A DNA stretch of 32,000 nucleotides from Promethearchaeia archaeon (GCA_046497275.1 JAWOFX010000033.1:1-32000), one strand, 5' to 3'; numbered from the stretch's first letter, positions 10,468 to 19,206 are shown. Notes: generated by a model not told the origin, from the letters alone. Numbers and translations are program-made.

Positions 10468-10656
10468 ATGAAAGAAAAGGCATGTAAAAATTGTCATTTA
10501 ATCACTAAAAATGAGCAAATTTGTCCTAAATGTAAAACTCATACTCTTAGTGAGGATTACACTGGAGAAGTTATTATTATTAAACCAGAAGGGTCCAAAA
10601 TTGCGGAATATCTTAAAATCCATATTCCTGGTAAATATGCTCTAAGAGTGAGATAA
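10468..10656 (+). CDS. spt4: Transcription elongation factor Spt4 (RpoE'')
   Basis: ACKNCH...CPKC zinc finger and PGKYALRVR end; start corrected to ATG 10468. Confidence 0.95.
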   Translation: MKEKACKNCHLITKNEQICPKCKTHTLSEDYTGEVIIIKPEGSKIAEYLKIHIPGKYALRVR

Positions 10657-10723
10657 TTTTTTTGAAATTATGAATTTCTTTTTGTTTTATTAATTTTTAT
10701 AGATTGAATTATTTATTTAAGAT

Positions 10724-11314
10724 ATGACTGATAAATTAAAAATCCCTGACGATAAAAGGCATTTGTTTTCTCAACCGCTTGGTGAATTGATTTCAGGTTC
10801 TCGAGAGAAAACGATTCCAATGGTAGAAAGCAAAATTCAAAAGCTCGAGACTGAAGGAGAAAAATTTTTCTTTTATATTGTGGGAGATATTGTTGCCCAA
10901 GATTTTTTAGCAAATAACCTTCTCAGAACGCATATTAAATTATGTGTTATTGATGAAAAGACTCAACGAAAAAAAATTAATGTGTCTAATATAGAATTTT
11001 TTGAAGAGGTCTTAACTTTAAAAAATCCAAAAGGAACGATTTCAGAAAAAAGCTGGGATATTTTGGAAAAAATAATTTTCTCCGATAAACGAACTTTATT
11101 AAAAATTACAGATGGAGAAGAAGATTTATTAGTACTTCCCCTAATATCTTTGCTCCCTCTAAATAATGAGAGAATTGATTTTGTATTTTATGGACAACCT
11201 CCAATTACTGATTCGAAACAAAATATTCCTGAAGGTATCGTTATGGTTCAAGTGAATAAAAAAGTTAAGAATACTGTCAATCAATTTCTTAAATTTATGG
11301 ATAAAATAAAATAG
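10724..11314 (+). CDS. GTP-dependent dephospho-CoA kinase (DUF359 family)
   Basis: VGDIV, IDEKTQR, NPKGTI, DGEEDLL and YGQP motifs; conserved position after spt4. Confidence 0.85.
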   Translation: MTDKLKIPDDKRHLFSQPLGELISGSREKTIPMVESKIQKLETEGEKFFFYIVGDIVAQDFLANNLLRTHIKLCVIDEKTQRKKINVSNIEFFEEVLTLKNPKGTISEKSWDILEKIIFSDKRTLLKITDGEEDLLVLPLISLLPLNNERIDFVFYGQPPITDSKQNIPEGIVMVQVNKKVKNTVNQFLKFMDKIK

Positions 11315-11316
11315 AA

Positions 11317-11544
11317 TTACAATTCATCATTTTTACTATTTTCATTATTAGTTTTATTATAAATCATTAAAGTAATCACTATTGCTATAATCCATACAAT
11401 TAGACTTATAATAAAAAGGATGTAGTAAGGTCCTACTAGTATCGGTTTTAACCATAGAAAGACCACATATAACCCAAAAAATATCAAAATTTCTAATATG
11501 ATCATGATCCTAGCTATGCGGTTAAATTTTTGGGGCTCAGACAT
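11317..11544 (-). CDS. Small two-TM membrane protein (75 aa from ATG 11544)
   Basis: Two hydrophobic stretches (IMIILEILIFFGLYVVFLWL; YYILFIISLIVWIIAIVITLMIY). AGAAGG lies upstream, and the ORF fills an otherwise empty gap. Confidence 0.6.
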   Translation of the reverse strand: MSEPQKFNRIARIMIILEILIFFGLYVVFLWLKPILVGPYYILFIISLIVWIIAIVITLMIYNKTNNENSKNDEL

Positions 11545-11657
11545 CCTTCTATACCTTAAAATCAAAAATTTTATTTGGTATCTAATTATTACTTTATATA
11601 ACGTATAATCATCTTTAAATTAAGAGATTCGGAAAACTAATTAAAAAAAGAATCAAC

Positions 11658-12011
11658 ATGACATTCGAAATAGAAATTCTTGAAGAGAAAAAAAACCCAT
11701 TAGTCGATCGAACTGAAATCAAATTTAGAATCGACCATTTCGGCGAGGCTGTCCCAAATCGACTTGAAATTAAGAAAAAGATTTCCGCAATGCAGAGTGC
11801 TGATGAAAAATACACAATTATTAGAAAAATCAAATCCCATTTCGGAGGCTCTTACTCCATGGGAACAGCAATGATATATGAAGATGCTGAGGATCTTAAA
11901 TATTTCGAACCATTTCATATCCAAGTGAGAAATTTACCTCAAGAAACTCGATCAGAAATCTATAAATTAAAAAGAAAAGGAGAACCATATCAAGAATTAT
12001 TTGATTATTAA
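11658..12011 (+). CDS. rps24e: Ribosomal protein eS24
   Basis: KKNPLVDRTEI...PNRLEI...FG...G.AMIYED...FEP pattern; conserved gene context. Confidence 0.92.
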   Translation: MTFEIEILEEKKNPLVDRTEIKFRIDHFGEAVPNRLEIKKKISAMQSADEKYTIIRKIKSHFGGSYSMGTAMIYEDAEDLKYFEPFHIQVRNLPQETRSEIYKLKRKGEPYQELFDY

Positions 12012-12034
12012 ATTTAAAAGGTGTAAAAAACAAC

Positions 12035-12250
12035 ATGACTGATGCTTCAAAATTCTATAAAATTGAAGGAGAAAAAGTTGTAAGAACACATCGCACATGT
12101 CCAAAATGTGGAACCGCCGTTTTTATGGGAGATCACTACGACCGCTGGGTTTGTGGTAAATGTGGATATACTGTTTTCAAACGGAAAGGAAAGAAAACTA
12201 CTCCTAGAACAAGAAGACGCTCTCCGAGAAAGCGTTCAAAATCAACATAA
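12035..12250 (+). CDS. rps27ae: Ribosomal protein eS31 (S27ae) with a basic C-terminal extension
   Basis: CPKCG..VFMGDH.DR..CGKCGYT zinc ribbon. Confidence 0.93.
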   Translation: MTDASKFYKIEGEKVVRTHRTCPKCGTAVFMGDHYDRWVCGKCGYTVFKRKGKKTTPRTRRRSPRKRSKST

Positions 12251-12377
12251 TTTTGTTTCAAATATTAATTCTATTTGGTTTTTGCAGCTTTTTCTATTAT
12301 ATTATTATTTAATCATAATTTTTATTACAAATATCAAAATCAATAATATTTTAAACCTAAAATAATAGAATTTAAGC

Positions 12378-13382
12378 ATGACTAAAATTGCTCTTGGCAT
12401 AGAATCGACTGCTCATACCTTTGGAGTTGGTATTATAGATTTTAAAGGTAAAACCCATAGTATAGTAAATGATATTTATACGCCCGAAACTGGTGGTTTG
12501 CATCCTGCAATGGTAAAGGAGCAGCATTTAACTAATTTTCAAGATGTTATTGCTAAAGCTCTTCATGAGGCAAATATTTCCATCAAAGATATTGATTTAA
12601 TAGCTTTTAGTCAAAGTCCGGGACTTGGACCGGTTTTAAAAGTGGGTGCATTAATATCACGCTTATTAACCCAAACTCTCAATATTCCCATTGTGGGTGT
12701 AAATCATTGTGTTGCTCATATTGAGATTGGACGACTTATGTGTCGGATAGACGATCCACTCACATTATATGTATCAGGTGGAAACACCATCGTGAGCGCT
12801 TTTGAATCCTCTAGATATCAAATTTTTGGAGAGACTCTTGATTTAGCGATTGGAAATATGATCGATTCCTTTGCAAGAGAAGTAGGACTTTCCCATCCTG
12901 GTGGACCAAAAATAGAAAAATTAGCGCAAAAATCGAATAATTATCTAAAATTGCCTTATGTTGTGAAAGGAATGGATCTCTCATTTTCTGGTTTATTTAC
13001 CGCTGCAAAAAAACTGATTGAATCAGCAGATTATGAAACAAAATATAATCTAAATGATATTGCAAATTCTCTACAAGAAACAGCTTTCGCAATGCTCACA
13101 GAAGTAACTGAAAGAGCCTTGGCTCATACTGAGAAAAAAGAGGTTCTTTTAACGGGGGGAGTTGCAGCTAATAAGAGATTACAAGAAATGATTCATTATA
13201 TTAGTAAAGAACATGAAGCTCGTTTTGAAGCAGTTCCCCTACGATATGCTGGAGATAATGGAGCAATGATCGCCTGGACCGGAATTTTAAAATACAAATC
13301 CCAAGGGAGTGATGCAATTGAGGAAACTATTATTATGCCTAAAGAGAGAATGGATCAAATACCCATACCATGGAGGAAATAG
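12378..13382 (+). CDS. kae1: KEOPS Kae1 (t6A tRNA threonylcarbamoyltransferase)
   Basis: LGIESTAHT, HCVAHIEIG, YVSGGNT, GETLD and DNGAMIAW. Confidence 0.96.
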   Translation: MTKIALGIESTAHTFGVGIIDFKGKTHSIVNDIYTPETGGLHPAMVKEQHLTNFQDVIAKALHEANISIKDIDLIAFSQSPGLGPVLKVGALISRLLTQTLNIPIVGVNHCVAHIEIGRLMCRIDDPLTLYVSGGNTIVSAFESSRYQIFGETLDLAIGNMIDSFAREVGLSHPGGPKIEKLAQKSNNYLKLPYVVKGMDLSFSGLFTAAKKLIESADYETKYNLNDIANSLQETAFAMLTEVTERALAHTEKKEVLLTGGVAANKRLQEMIHYISKEHEARFEAVPLRYAGDNGAMIAWTGILKYKSQGSDAIEETIIMPKERMDQIPIPWRK

Positions 13383-13385
13383 GAC

Positions 13386-14060
13386 TTGAATTATCTTTAT
13401 AAAAAAGAAGAGATCATAAAGAAAGGAGCAGAAGCTAATCTATATTTAGGAACTTGGTTCGGAAACGAAGTTATATTCAAATGTAGGATCCCCAAAAACT
13501 ATAGAATAAAAGAATTAGATCAAGATCTGCGTTCCTTTAGGACCATTAATGAGGCCCGTGCCCTAATTCGGGCAAAGGAACACGGAATAAACGTACCCCA
13601 AATTTATGAAATTGATACTTTGAATACTACAATTATAATGGGGTATATTCGAGGACAAAAATTAAAAGATATTATCAAAAACTTAAATCAAAATGAGAAA
13701 GAACATATATTTGAAACGATTGGTCAATATATTGCTAAATTACATCAAAATGGACAAATTCATGGTGATATAACTACTAGTAATATCATTTTAACTTCTA
13801 ACGAGAAAGTTTTTTTGATAGATTTTGGCCTCCATGAATATTCTGATTCTATTGAAGATAAAAGTGTTGATCTACATTTATTTAAAAGAGTTTTAATGTC
13901 ATCTCATGGAGAAGATTATGAATTCTGTTTCAAATGCTTCCTTAATGGTTATAGAAGTGCGTATCTCAATGATTCTAAAAAGCTTTGTCAATTAATAATA
14001 AATAATATAAAAAATATTGAAACTCGCGGTCGTTATATCAAGAAAGAAGACAGAGCTTAG
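13386..14060 (+). CDS. bud32: KEOPS Bud32 kinase/ATPase, TTG start, separate from kae1
   Basis: KGAEA, IHGDITTSN, LIDFGL, ETRGRY; GGAGG upstream. Confidence 0.94.
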   Translation: MNYLYKKEEIIKKGAEANLYLGTWFGNEVIFKCRIPKNYRIKELDQDLRSFRTINEARALIRAKEHGINVPQIYEIDTLNTTIIMGYIRGQKLKDIIKNLNQNEKEHIFETIGQYIAKLHQNGQIHGDITTSNIILTSNEKVFLIDFGLHEYSDSIEDKSVDLHLFKRVLMSSHGEDYEFCFKCFLNGYRSAYLNDSKKLCQLIINNIKNIETRGRYIKKEDRA

Positions 14061-14388
14061 TAAGATTCATAAATCAATTACATCGGGAATACACTATTCA
14101 AAAAGATCATTAGATTTAACTAAAAATATTACTCTCTTTAATGGCTAAAATTTGTTCATTAATATTAAAGATATGTATATGCAATGTTCAAGATCTCTAT
14201 GATGATTTGGACAACTATATAAAAAGAAATCGGAGAACGAAATTTTTATATACTACTTTAACTTAAAATAATATATATTTCGGATAAATGAAATTGACTA
14301 AGGGTATTAATTGAATACATAAATCTAATTCACTTTAGATCATATTTCGAGTTTCCTTTTGAAAACTTTAAATTCGAGGACATTTTTT

Positions 14389-14616
14389 ATGACCAAAAAG
14401 GATAAGTATAAAGCAAAAAAATCTCCCATGCAAAATATAACCATTAATATCCCTGAGTGTTATGATAAAAATATTCAAAAATTAATTGAGATGGGATTAG
14501 CCTCAAGTAGATCTGAAGCGATTAGAACCGCTATACGTGAATTTTTACAAAAAGAATATAGTTTAAATTTAGAACTATTAGATTTTTTTAGCGACGAACC
14601 TGAAGAAGAGAAATAA
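14389..14616 (+). CDS. CopG/Arc-MetJ ribbon-helix-helix transcription regulator
   Basis: MQNITINIP...LIEMGLASSRSEAIRTAIREFL. The start is uncertain (ATG 14389 or 14428). Confidence 0.8.
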   Translation: MTKKDKYKAKKSPMQNITINIPECYDKNIQKLIEMGLASSRSEAIRTAIREFLQKEYSLNLELLDFFSDEPEEEK

Positions 14617-14684
14617 AATTAGGAAATATTTTATTTTTATAAAATTTCGTCTTTTTGTTATTCTTTCATTTATATAGATGGAAA

Positions 14685-14927
14685 CTATCTCCGTTTCCTT
14701 ATTTTTCGTGCTTCTCGCTCCACTTCCCTGAGAAGAACAACATCATCTTCTCGAACAGGACCTTTGACATTTCTTGTTAAAATTCTATTTTTGTCTTTTC
14801 CCTCCAAGATTCTAACCTTTATTTGATTAATCTCACCTGTCAAACCAGTTCTCCCGACGACTTGGATTACTTGAGCTGGAATAGAGGCATCCTCTTCATA
14901 TTCTTTCACATCTTTACCTGATGACAT
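14685..14927 (-). CDS. rps28e: Ribosomal protein eS28
   Basis: [12 protein letters not shown]...[24 protein letters not shown]. Confidence 0.95.
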   Translation of the reverse strand: MSSGKDVKEYEEDASIPAQVIQVVGRTGLTGEINQIKVRILEGKDKNRILTRNVKGPVREDDVVLLREVEREARKIRKRR

Positions 14928-14952
14928 AATTGTCCACGTAGAGTTTAATAAA

Positions 14953-15318
14953 TTATTTTAAATTCTTAAGTTTATTAATCAAATCTGTTAATACTTTCTC
15001 TTCAGAACCTGCATCTTCAATCGCAACTGAGGAGGAACTAACATTAATTCTCACAGCATTCCCTAAATCTTGTTGACTAGACACATATCCATAGGGTATC
15101 CCTTTCTCATCACAGAGAATCGGAATATGGAATAAGATTTCGGGGGGAGTCACATCTTCGGACATTATGACTAATTTAGCTGTCCCTCTTTCAATAGATT
15201 TAGTTGTTTCGTTCATTCCTTTTCTAATTTTTGAATCTTTTGCTTGTGCGATCTGATTTAAACCGCTTTTTATTTGATCCTGTAATTTTTCTGGAGTCTT
15301 AAATTTTACATAACTCAT
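14953..15318 (-). CDS. rpl7ae: Ribosomal protein eL8/L7Ae
   Basis: [37 protein letters not shown]. Confidence 0.96.
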   Translation of the reverse strand: MSYVKFKTPEKLQDQIKSGLNQIAQAKDSKIRKGMNETTKSIERGTAKLVIMSEDVTPPEILFHIPILCDEKGIPYGYVSSQQDLGNAVRINVSSSSVAIEDAGSEEKVLTDLINKLKNLK

Positions 15319-15545
15319 TTCTTTATTTTCATCTCATTCAAATATTTATAAAATATTCTCATTAATCATTGAGTATAGATAGAAATGTTAATGAGTTATA
15401 ATAAATAAAATTTTTCACTCCTCTTAATCTGCGTGTTCTAATTAGCATAAAAGTAATTATTTAGATTTTTTTTGAGAACTTTTTTTCTCTTCAGCTTATT
15501 TTTGCAGACTTAAAAGAATATATATTATCTTTTTTTAGAAATGAT

Positions 15546-15725
15546 ATGTATAAATGCATTTTTTGCAATTCTGTAACCTCTTTTATATTTGAAGGAGAGG
15601 GGAAATACAAGGGAAAGCCTATTTGTCCTAAATGTCAATCTGAAAAATTGGGGACAAGATTTCATACAGGGTGCGCTGATGATGATGATTGCTCTCTTAA
15701 ATTAAATCGCAATGATAATAATTAA
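15546..15725 (+). CDS. Small zinc-ribbon protein (FmdB-like), 59 aa, absent from the ORF track
   Basis: MYKCIFCNSVTSFIFEGEGKYKGKPICPKCQSEKLGTRFHTGCADDDDCSLKLNRNDNN: CxxC-x19-CxxC. The ORF looks purine/GC-richer than its flanks. Confidence 0.7.
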   Translation: MYKCIFCNSVTSFIFEGEGKYKGKPICPKCQSEKLGTRFHTGCADDDDCSLKLNRNDNN

Positions 15726-15824
15726 TTTTGATTTATAAAGAAATAAGGATTTTAGTTTAAATTTTAAACTCCTCTACAATTTTTAATAAAAACTATATCT
15801 TAGAAAAAGTAAAATAAGTTTTCT

Positions 15825-16025
15825 TTATTGTAATCGAGGAAATTTGAGTAAATCATCAATCAAATCTACATGTGAGATAATACATCGTTTACAACAAAAT
15901 CGTTTAATTCCTAGTTCTTTAAATGCTTTTTCAGAGCTCTCGCCTTTTTCCAGATATTCTTTGTAGGGTTGATACACATCTGCTATAAGCTTACCGCAGG
16001 AGAAACATCTAATCGGAATGATCAT
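15825..16025 (-). CDS. rpoN: RNA polymerase subunit Rpo10 (RpoN)
   Basis: MIIPIRCFSCGK...LGI.RFCCKR...HVD. Confidence 0.93.
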   Translation of the reverse strand: MIIPIRCFSCGKLIADVYQPYKEYLEKGESSEKAFKELGIKRFCCKRCIISHVDLIDDLLKFPRLQ

Positions 16026-16147
16026 TTTGAATTTTCTCGAAATAGTATTTAAATAGTTATTATTCTATTCTAATACAAAAAAGGATTGCAAACCTAAAAT
16101 ATTTTATTGATTTATTATTTTACTAAAATTCTGAGCTATCAATAAAT

Positions 16148-16330
16148 TTAATCTAAATTATAAAATTTAGTCCAACGCGTTTTTCTGGGATTCTTCTTTT
16201 GAACAAGCATTGCTTTTCTACATTTATTGGAACAAAAATGCAGAATAGACCCATCTCGTTTTACATACATAATTCCTCTCCCAATTGGAATCTGATAACC
16301 GCAAAAATTACAATTATTAGTTTTTGGCAT
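16148..16330 (-). CDS. rpl24e: Ribosomal protein eL24
   Basis: CNFCG..I..GRG.MYVKRDG....FCSNKC...NPRK..WT. Confidence 0.96.
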   Translation of the reverse strand: MPKTNNCNFCGYQIPIGRGIMYVKRDGSILHFCSNKCRKAMLVQKKNPRKTRWTKFYNLD

Positions 16331-16375
16331 ATTTTAACTCAATCTGCTATTTAATTAAATATAAATGATTTAAAA

Positions 16376-16780
16376 TTATTCTTCTTCGCTAGGTTTAAAT
16401 AATTCCGTTTCTCCCATTTTTATAACCTTAAGATTAACCAGTGTCATATCTGCTGTGATTTCATTTCCTCTCACAGTTTTTCTTCGCTTCTGCCCATCTC
16501 GTTTTGGGCGATATCCTGTTGATCTTTTTGAAACTAATATTTTTTTTTTGACAGGGCCATGTATGTCTTTTCTCATTGGGAAACCGCTTGAATCAGATCC
16601 TCCAGTTATTAAAAATTCATAATTTGGAAACCCAATCAATCCTCCCCTCAGTGTATCACCAATTTTCATACCTTCAAGTCTGCTAAATCTATTTTCGTCT
16701 AATGTTATTTTCCTTGATTGCGACTTAAACTCCCCATCAGGCGCTGAGATATTTAATTTATAAACTGTTTTTTCTGACAT
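16376..16780 (-). CDS. rps6e: Ribosomal protein eS6
   Basis: LNIS.P..., ITGGSDSSGFPMR, G.KRRKTVRGN.I. Confidence 0.95.
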   Translation of the reverse strand: MSEKTVYKLNISAPDGEFKSQSRKITLDENRFSRLEGMKIGDTLRGGLIGFPNYEFLITGGSDSSGFPMRKDIHGPVKKKILVSKRSTGYRPKRDGQKRRKTVRGNEITADMTLVNLKVIKMGETELFKPSEEE

Positions 16781-17039
16781 AATGTTTTCTTACCGATCTT
16801 AAAAATGTTTAACTATCTTTAAAAATGCATAAAAATTTAAATATTTTATTGAGAGAGTCTTTCACAGATGGTTTTTATTATTTCTCTTTTTCTTATATGA
16901 TCTAAAGCTAAAATACTTTTAAGGTATATTTTACACTATTTTATAAATAGCAGAATCACTAATAAAAAATTTGAATAACAGTAATTATTTTTATATTCAA
17001 AAAATTATTAACTCTATTGAATAAATTAGAAGGTTTTCT

Positions 17040-17840
17040 ATGCAAATTTTTGAAGCGATTGAGTTAAAGGAATTCCCATACATGAGAACTAAGGAACTTA
17101 CAAATTTACAGGAAATAAGTAAGGTTTCAGATATTATCAATGAAAATAGTCTAGAGCGAGTCTTCCTTTTAGTTGATCATGATGAGAAAAGAATTTGGTT
17201 TTACAATGGACCAAAAAGTTCATTTAAACTACAAATCTTTGGAGGAATTCTTGCTGGTGAATTGAGAAAACAACTACGTTTATTTTACAGGATTTTTTCA
17301 TTAAATCAATATAGAAAGGAAGATAAAACTTTTCAGGACGTTATGAAAAAATCTTTAGGACCAGGGAGAGCGAAGGAAATTATAGAAGACGATATCTCAG
17401 AGGAAACAATAGGGAAGTTTGAACCTCGTGAATTATCTGTTCATCCTAATCTAAAAATAAAAGATTCCCTTGAAAATGTGAATTCTTTACCTACCCCCAA
17501 TAATTTTATAAGAAAGTTTCTCATATCTGGAGTAAATATTTACACAGATGAAAAAAAAGTTAAAACCTTAATACCCGAAAAAGAAACATTTGAAAAAACC
17601 ATAAAATTAGGACAATTGAATGATGGCTTTACTTTTTTTGATGATCGGTTATACTCTACAAGAGTGATTATTAATCAAAGAAAAGTTCAAGGGATAGAAT
17701 TATATATTGATGAAGGAGATAAAAGGGAATCCATTACTTTAAACATACCTGTTCTTCCAGATGAACGAGTGGATCAGGCTAGAGATATTAATCAGTTAGA
17801 AAACGCATTTAATGTTTCAGAACGCCCGGCTAAAGAATAA
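17040..17840 (+). CDS. Divergent single gelsolin-like domain plus an uncharacterised C-terminal domain
   Basis: VFLLVDHDEKRIWFYNGPKSSFKLQIFGGILAGELRKQ follows the gelsolin strand-strand-W-x-x-x-G-x-x-S-long-helix pattern. Confidence 0.6.
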   Translation: MQIFEAIELKEFPYMRTKELTNLQEISKVSDIINENSLERVFLLVDHDEKRIWFYNGPKSSFKLQIFGGILAGELRKQLRLFYRIFSLNQYRKEDKTFQDVMKKSLGPGRAKEIIEDDISEETIGKFEPRELSVHPNLKIKDSLENVNSLPTPNNFIRKFLISGVNIYTDEKKVKTLIPEKETFEKTIKLGQLNDGFTFFDDRLYSTRVIINQRKVQGIELYIDEGDKRESITLNIPVLPDERVDQARDINQLENAFNVSERPAKE

Positions 17841-17856
17841 AATAGAAAAGATAAAA

Positions 17857-19206
17857 ATGGTTCTATTAATTAATCCTAAAACAACTAAACCTACAGAAAG
17901 AAAAACTGAATTTTTTAGAGAACCTAATACTGGATTACTTTATCTAGCTGCTATCTTAGCAGATAATAATATCAATGTCGAAATACTTGACCTTGAACAA
18001 TATTCTAATCTTTCGAGGAATTCTATAGATCATATTATCAAAGAAATCACATCATTTCATAATATCATTGGAATCACTTCACTTACTAATACTTTTAAAT
18101 ATGCCAACTATATTGCTAAAATTATAAGAAATTCTTATCCCACGAAAATAATAGTTTTCGGAGGACCTCATGTATCTTTTCTCTATAAAGAGATCTTAAC
18201 TCAAGATTATGAAAACGAGCAACTAATTGATTTTATTTGTATTGGAGAAGGTGAATATAATTTCTTAGAATTAGTAAAACTTCTTAATTCGCACTCTGTA
18301 GAGCATGGCAATATTGAAGAAGTGGAAAAGAAAGTAAATAACATTCCAAATATTTCATACATAAATTCTAAGAAAAAAGTTAAATTAACGGGAGATAGAA
18401 AAAAATCAATAAAACTTAGTCATTTACCACTCCCAGCCCGTTATAAATTATCTCCAGTTAATTATTATTATACTGTAGCAAACATTATAGTTAACAGAGG
18501 TTGCCCTAATCAGTGTAGTTTTTGTTCAAGACAGAAACTGTTTGAAACCACTAGATTAAGAACACTTTACTCCATTGCGGAAGAAATTAGAGATATTATC
18601 TCTTCTCAAACGTATGAATTTGTTAATTTCTATGATAATATTAATTTTAATCTTGAATTTTTCGAGAATTTTTGCAAAATGCTTCAATCATCTGATCTTC
18701 ACATTTCTTGGGGATGCGAATTGCGTGTGGATAATCTATTCTCATCTCATGCTAAGCTTTTGAAAGATGCAGGATGTAAAGTGATCGCTACTGGAATAGA
18801 ATCTGCGAGCCGTAAAATCTTAAGGAAAAATTTTAAGTATCAAGATCCTCAACAAGTAAAAAAGGGCATAGAAAATTTAAAGAAATTTGATATACCTGTC
18901 CAAGCTTATTTTGTTCTTGGATTACCTGGAGAAACTGAGAAATCCTTCAAAAAGACTATTAATTATATTAAAGATTTGCCATTATCAGCAGAAGACACGA
19001 TCAATTATTTTGTAGCAACTCCATATCCGGGTTCTAAATTATGGACTGAGCGAGAAAAATTTGGAATTAATATTATAGAGGAGGATTTTTCCAAATATGA
19101 TTGTGAACATATTATTTTTGAAACTAAAGATCTTTCTTATTTTCAATTAAAAGATATGCTTAAGGAGGCAAAGAATATCGAATCCTATTTTGAAGATTTG
19201 CATTAA
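17857..19206 (+). CDS. B12-binding radical SAM protein
   Basis: GLLYLAAIL, GITS and FGGPH (cobalamin-binding domain); RGCPNQCSFC (CX3CX2C); GIES, LGLPGET, TPYPGS. Start corrected to ATG 17857. Confidence 0.9.
   Translation: MVLLINPKTTKPTERKTEFFREPNTGLLYLAAILADNNINVEILDLEQYSNLSRNSIDHIIKEITSFHNIIGITSLTNTFKYANYIAKIIRNSYPTKIIVFGGPHVSFLYKEILTQDYENEQLIDFICIGEGEYNFLELVKLLNSHSVEHGNIEEVEKKVNNIPNISYINSKKKVKLTGDRKKSIKLSHLPLPARYKLSPVNYYYTVANIIVNRGCPNQCSFCSRQKLFETTRLRTLYSIAEEIRDIISSQTYEFVNFYDNINFNLEFFENFCKMLQSSDLHISWGCELRVDNLFSSHAKLLKDAGCKVIATGIESASRKILRKNFKYQDPQQVKKGIENLKKFDIPVQAYFVLGLPGETEKSFKKTINYIKDLPLSAEDTINYFVATPYPGSKLWTEREKFGINIIEEDFSKYDCEHIIFETKDLSYFQLKDMLKEAKNIESYFEDLH

Noticed and set aside
11317-11331. 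C-terminal KNDEL of the two-TM protein as a KDEL-like retention signal
   Set aside because: It is an imperfect four-residue match. With two TM helices and a basic N-terminus, the C-terminus is probably cytoplasmic, the wrong side for KDEL-type retrieval.
10713-11924. Minus-strand ORFs 10713-10913, 11615-11833 and 11700-11924
   Set aside because: Lie antisense to the well-supported DUF359 and rps24e genes.
12108-12365. 85-aa plus-strand ORF overlapping rps27ae in another frame, with a hydrophobic end
   Set aside because: The hydrophobic part comes from the T-rich intergenic/terminator sequence after rps27ae; no RBS or motif.
14141-14266. 41-codon ORF (MAKICSLILKICICNV...) after bud32
   Set aside because: Short, AT-rich, no RBS or motif; expected by chance.
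15319-15400. Kink-turn for L7Ae autoregulation in the rpl7ae leader
   Set aside because: No clear tandem G-A pair/box C-D geometry, and the TATA-like element about 30 nt upstream implies a very short leader.
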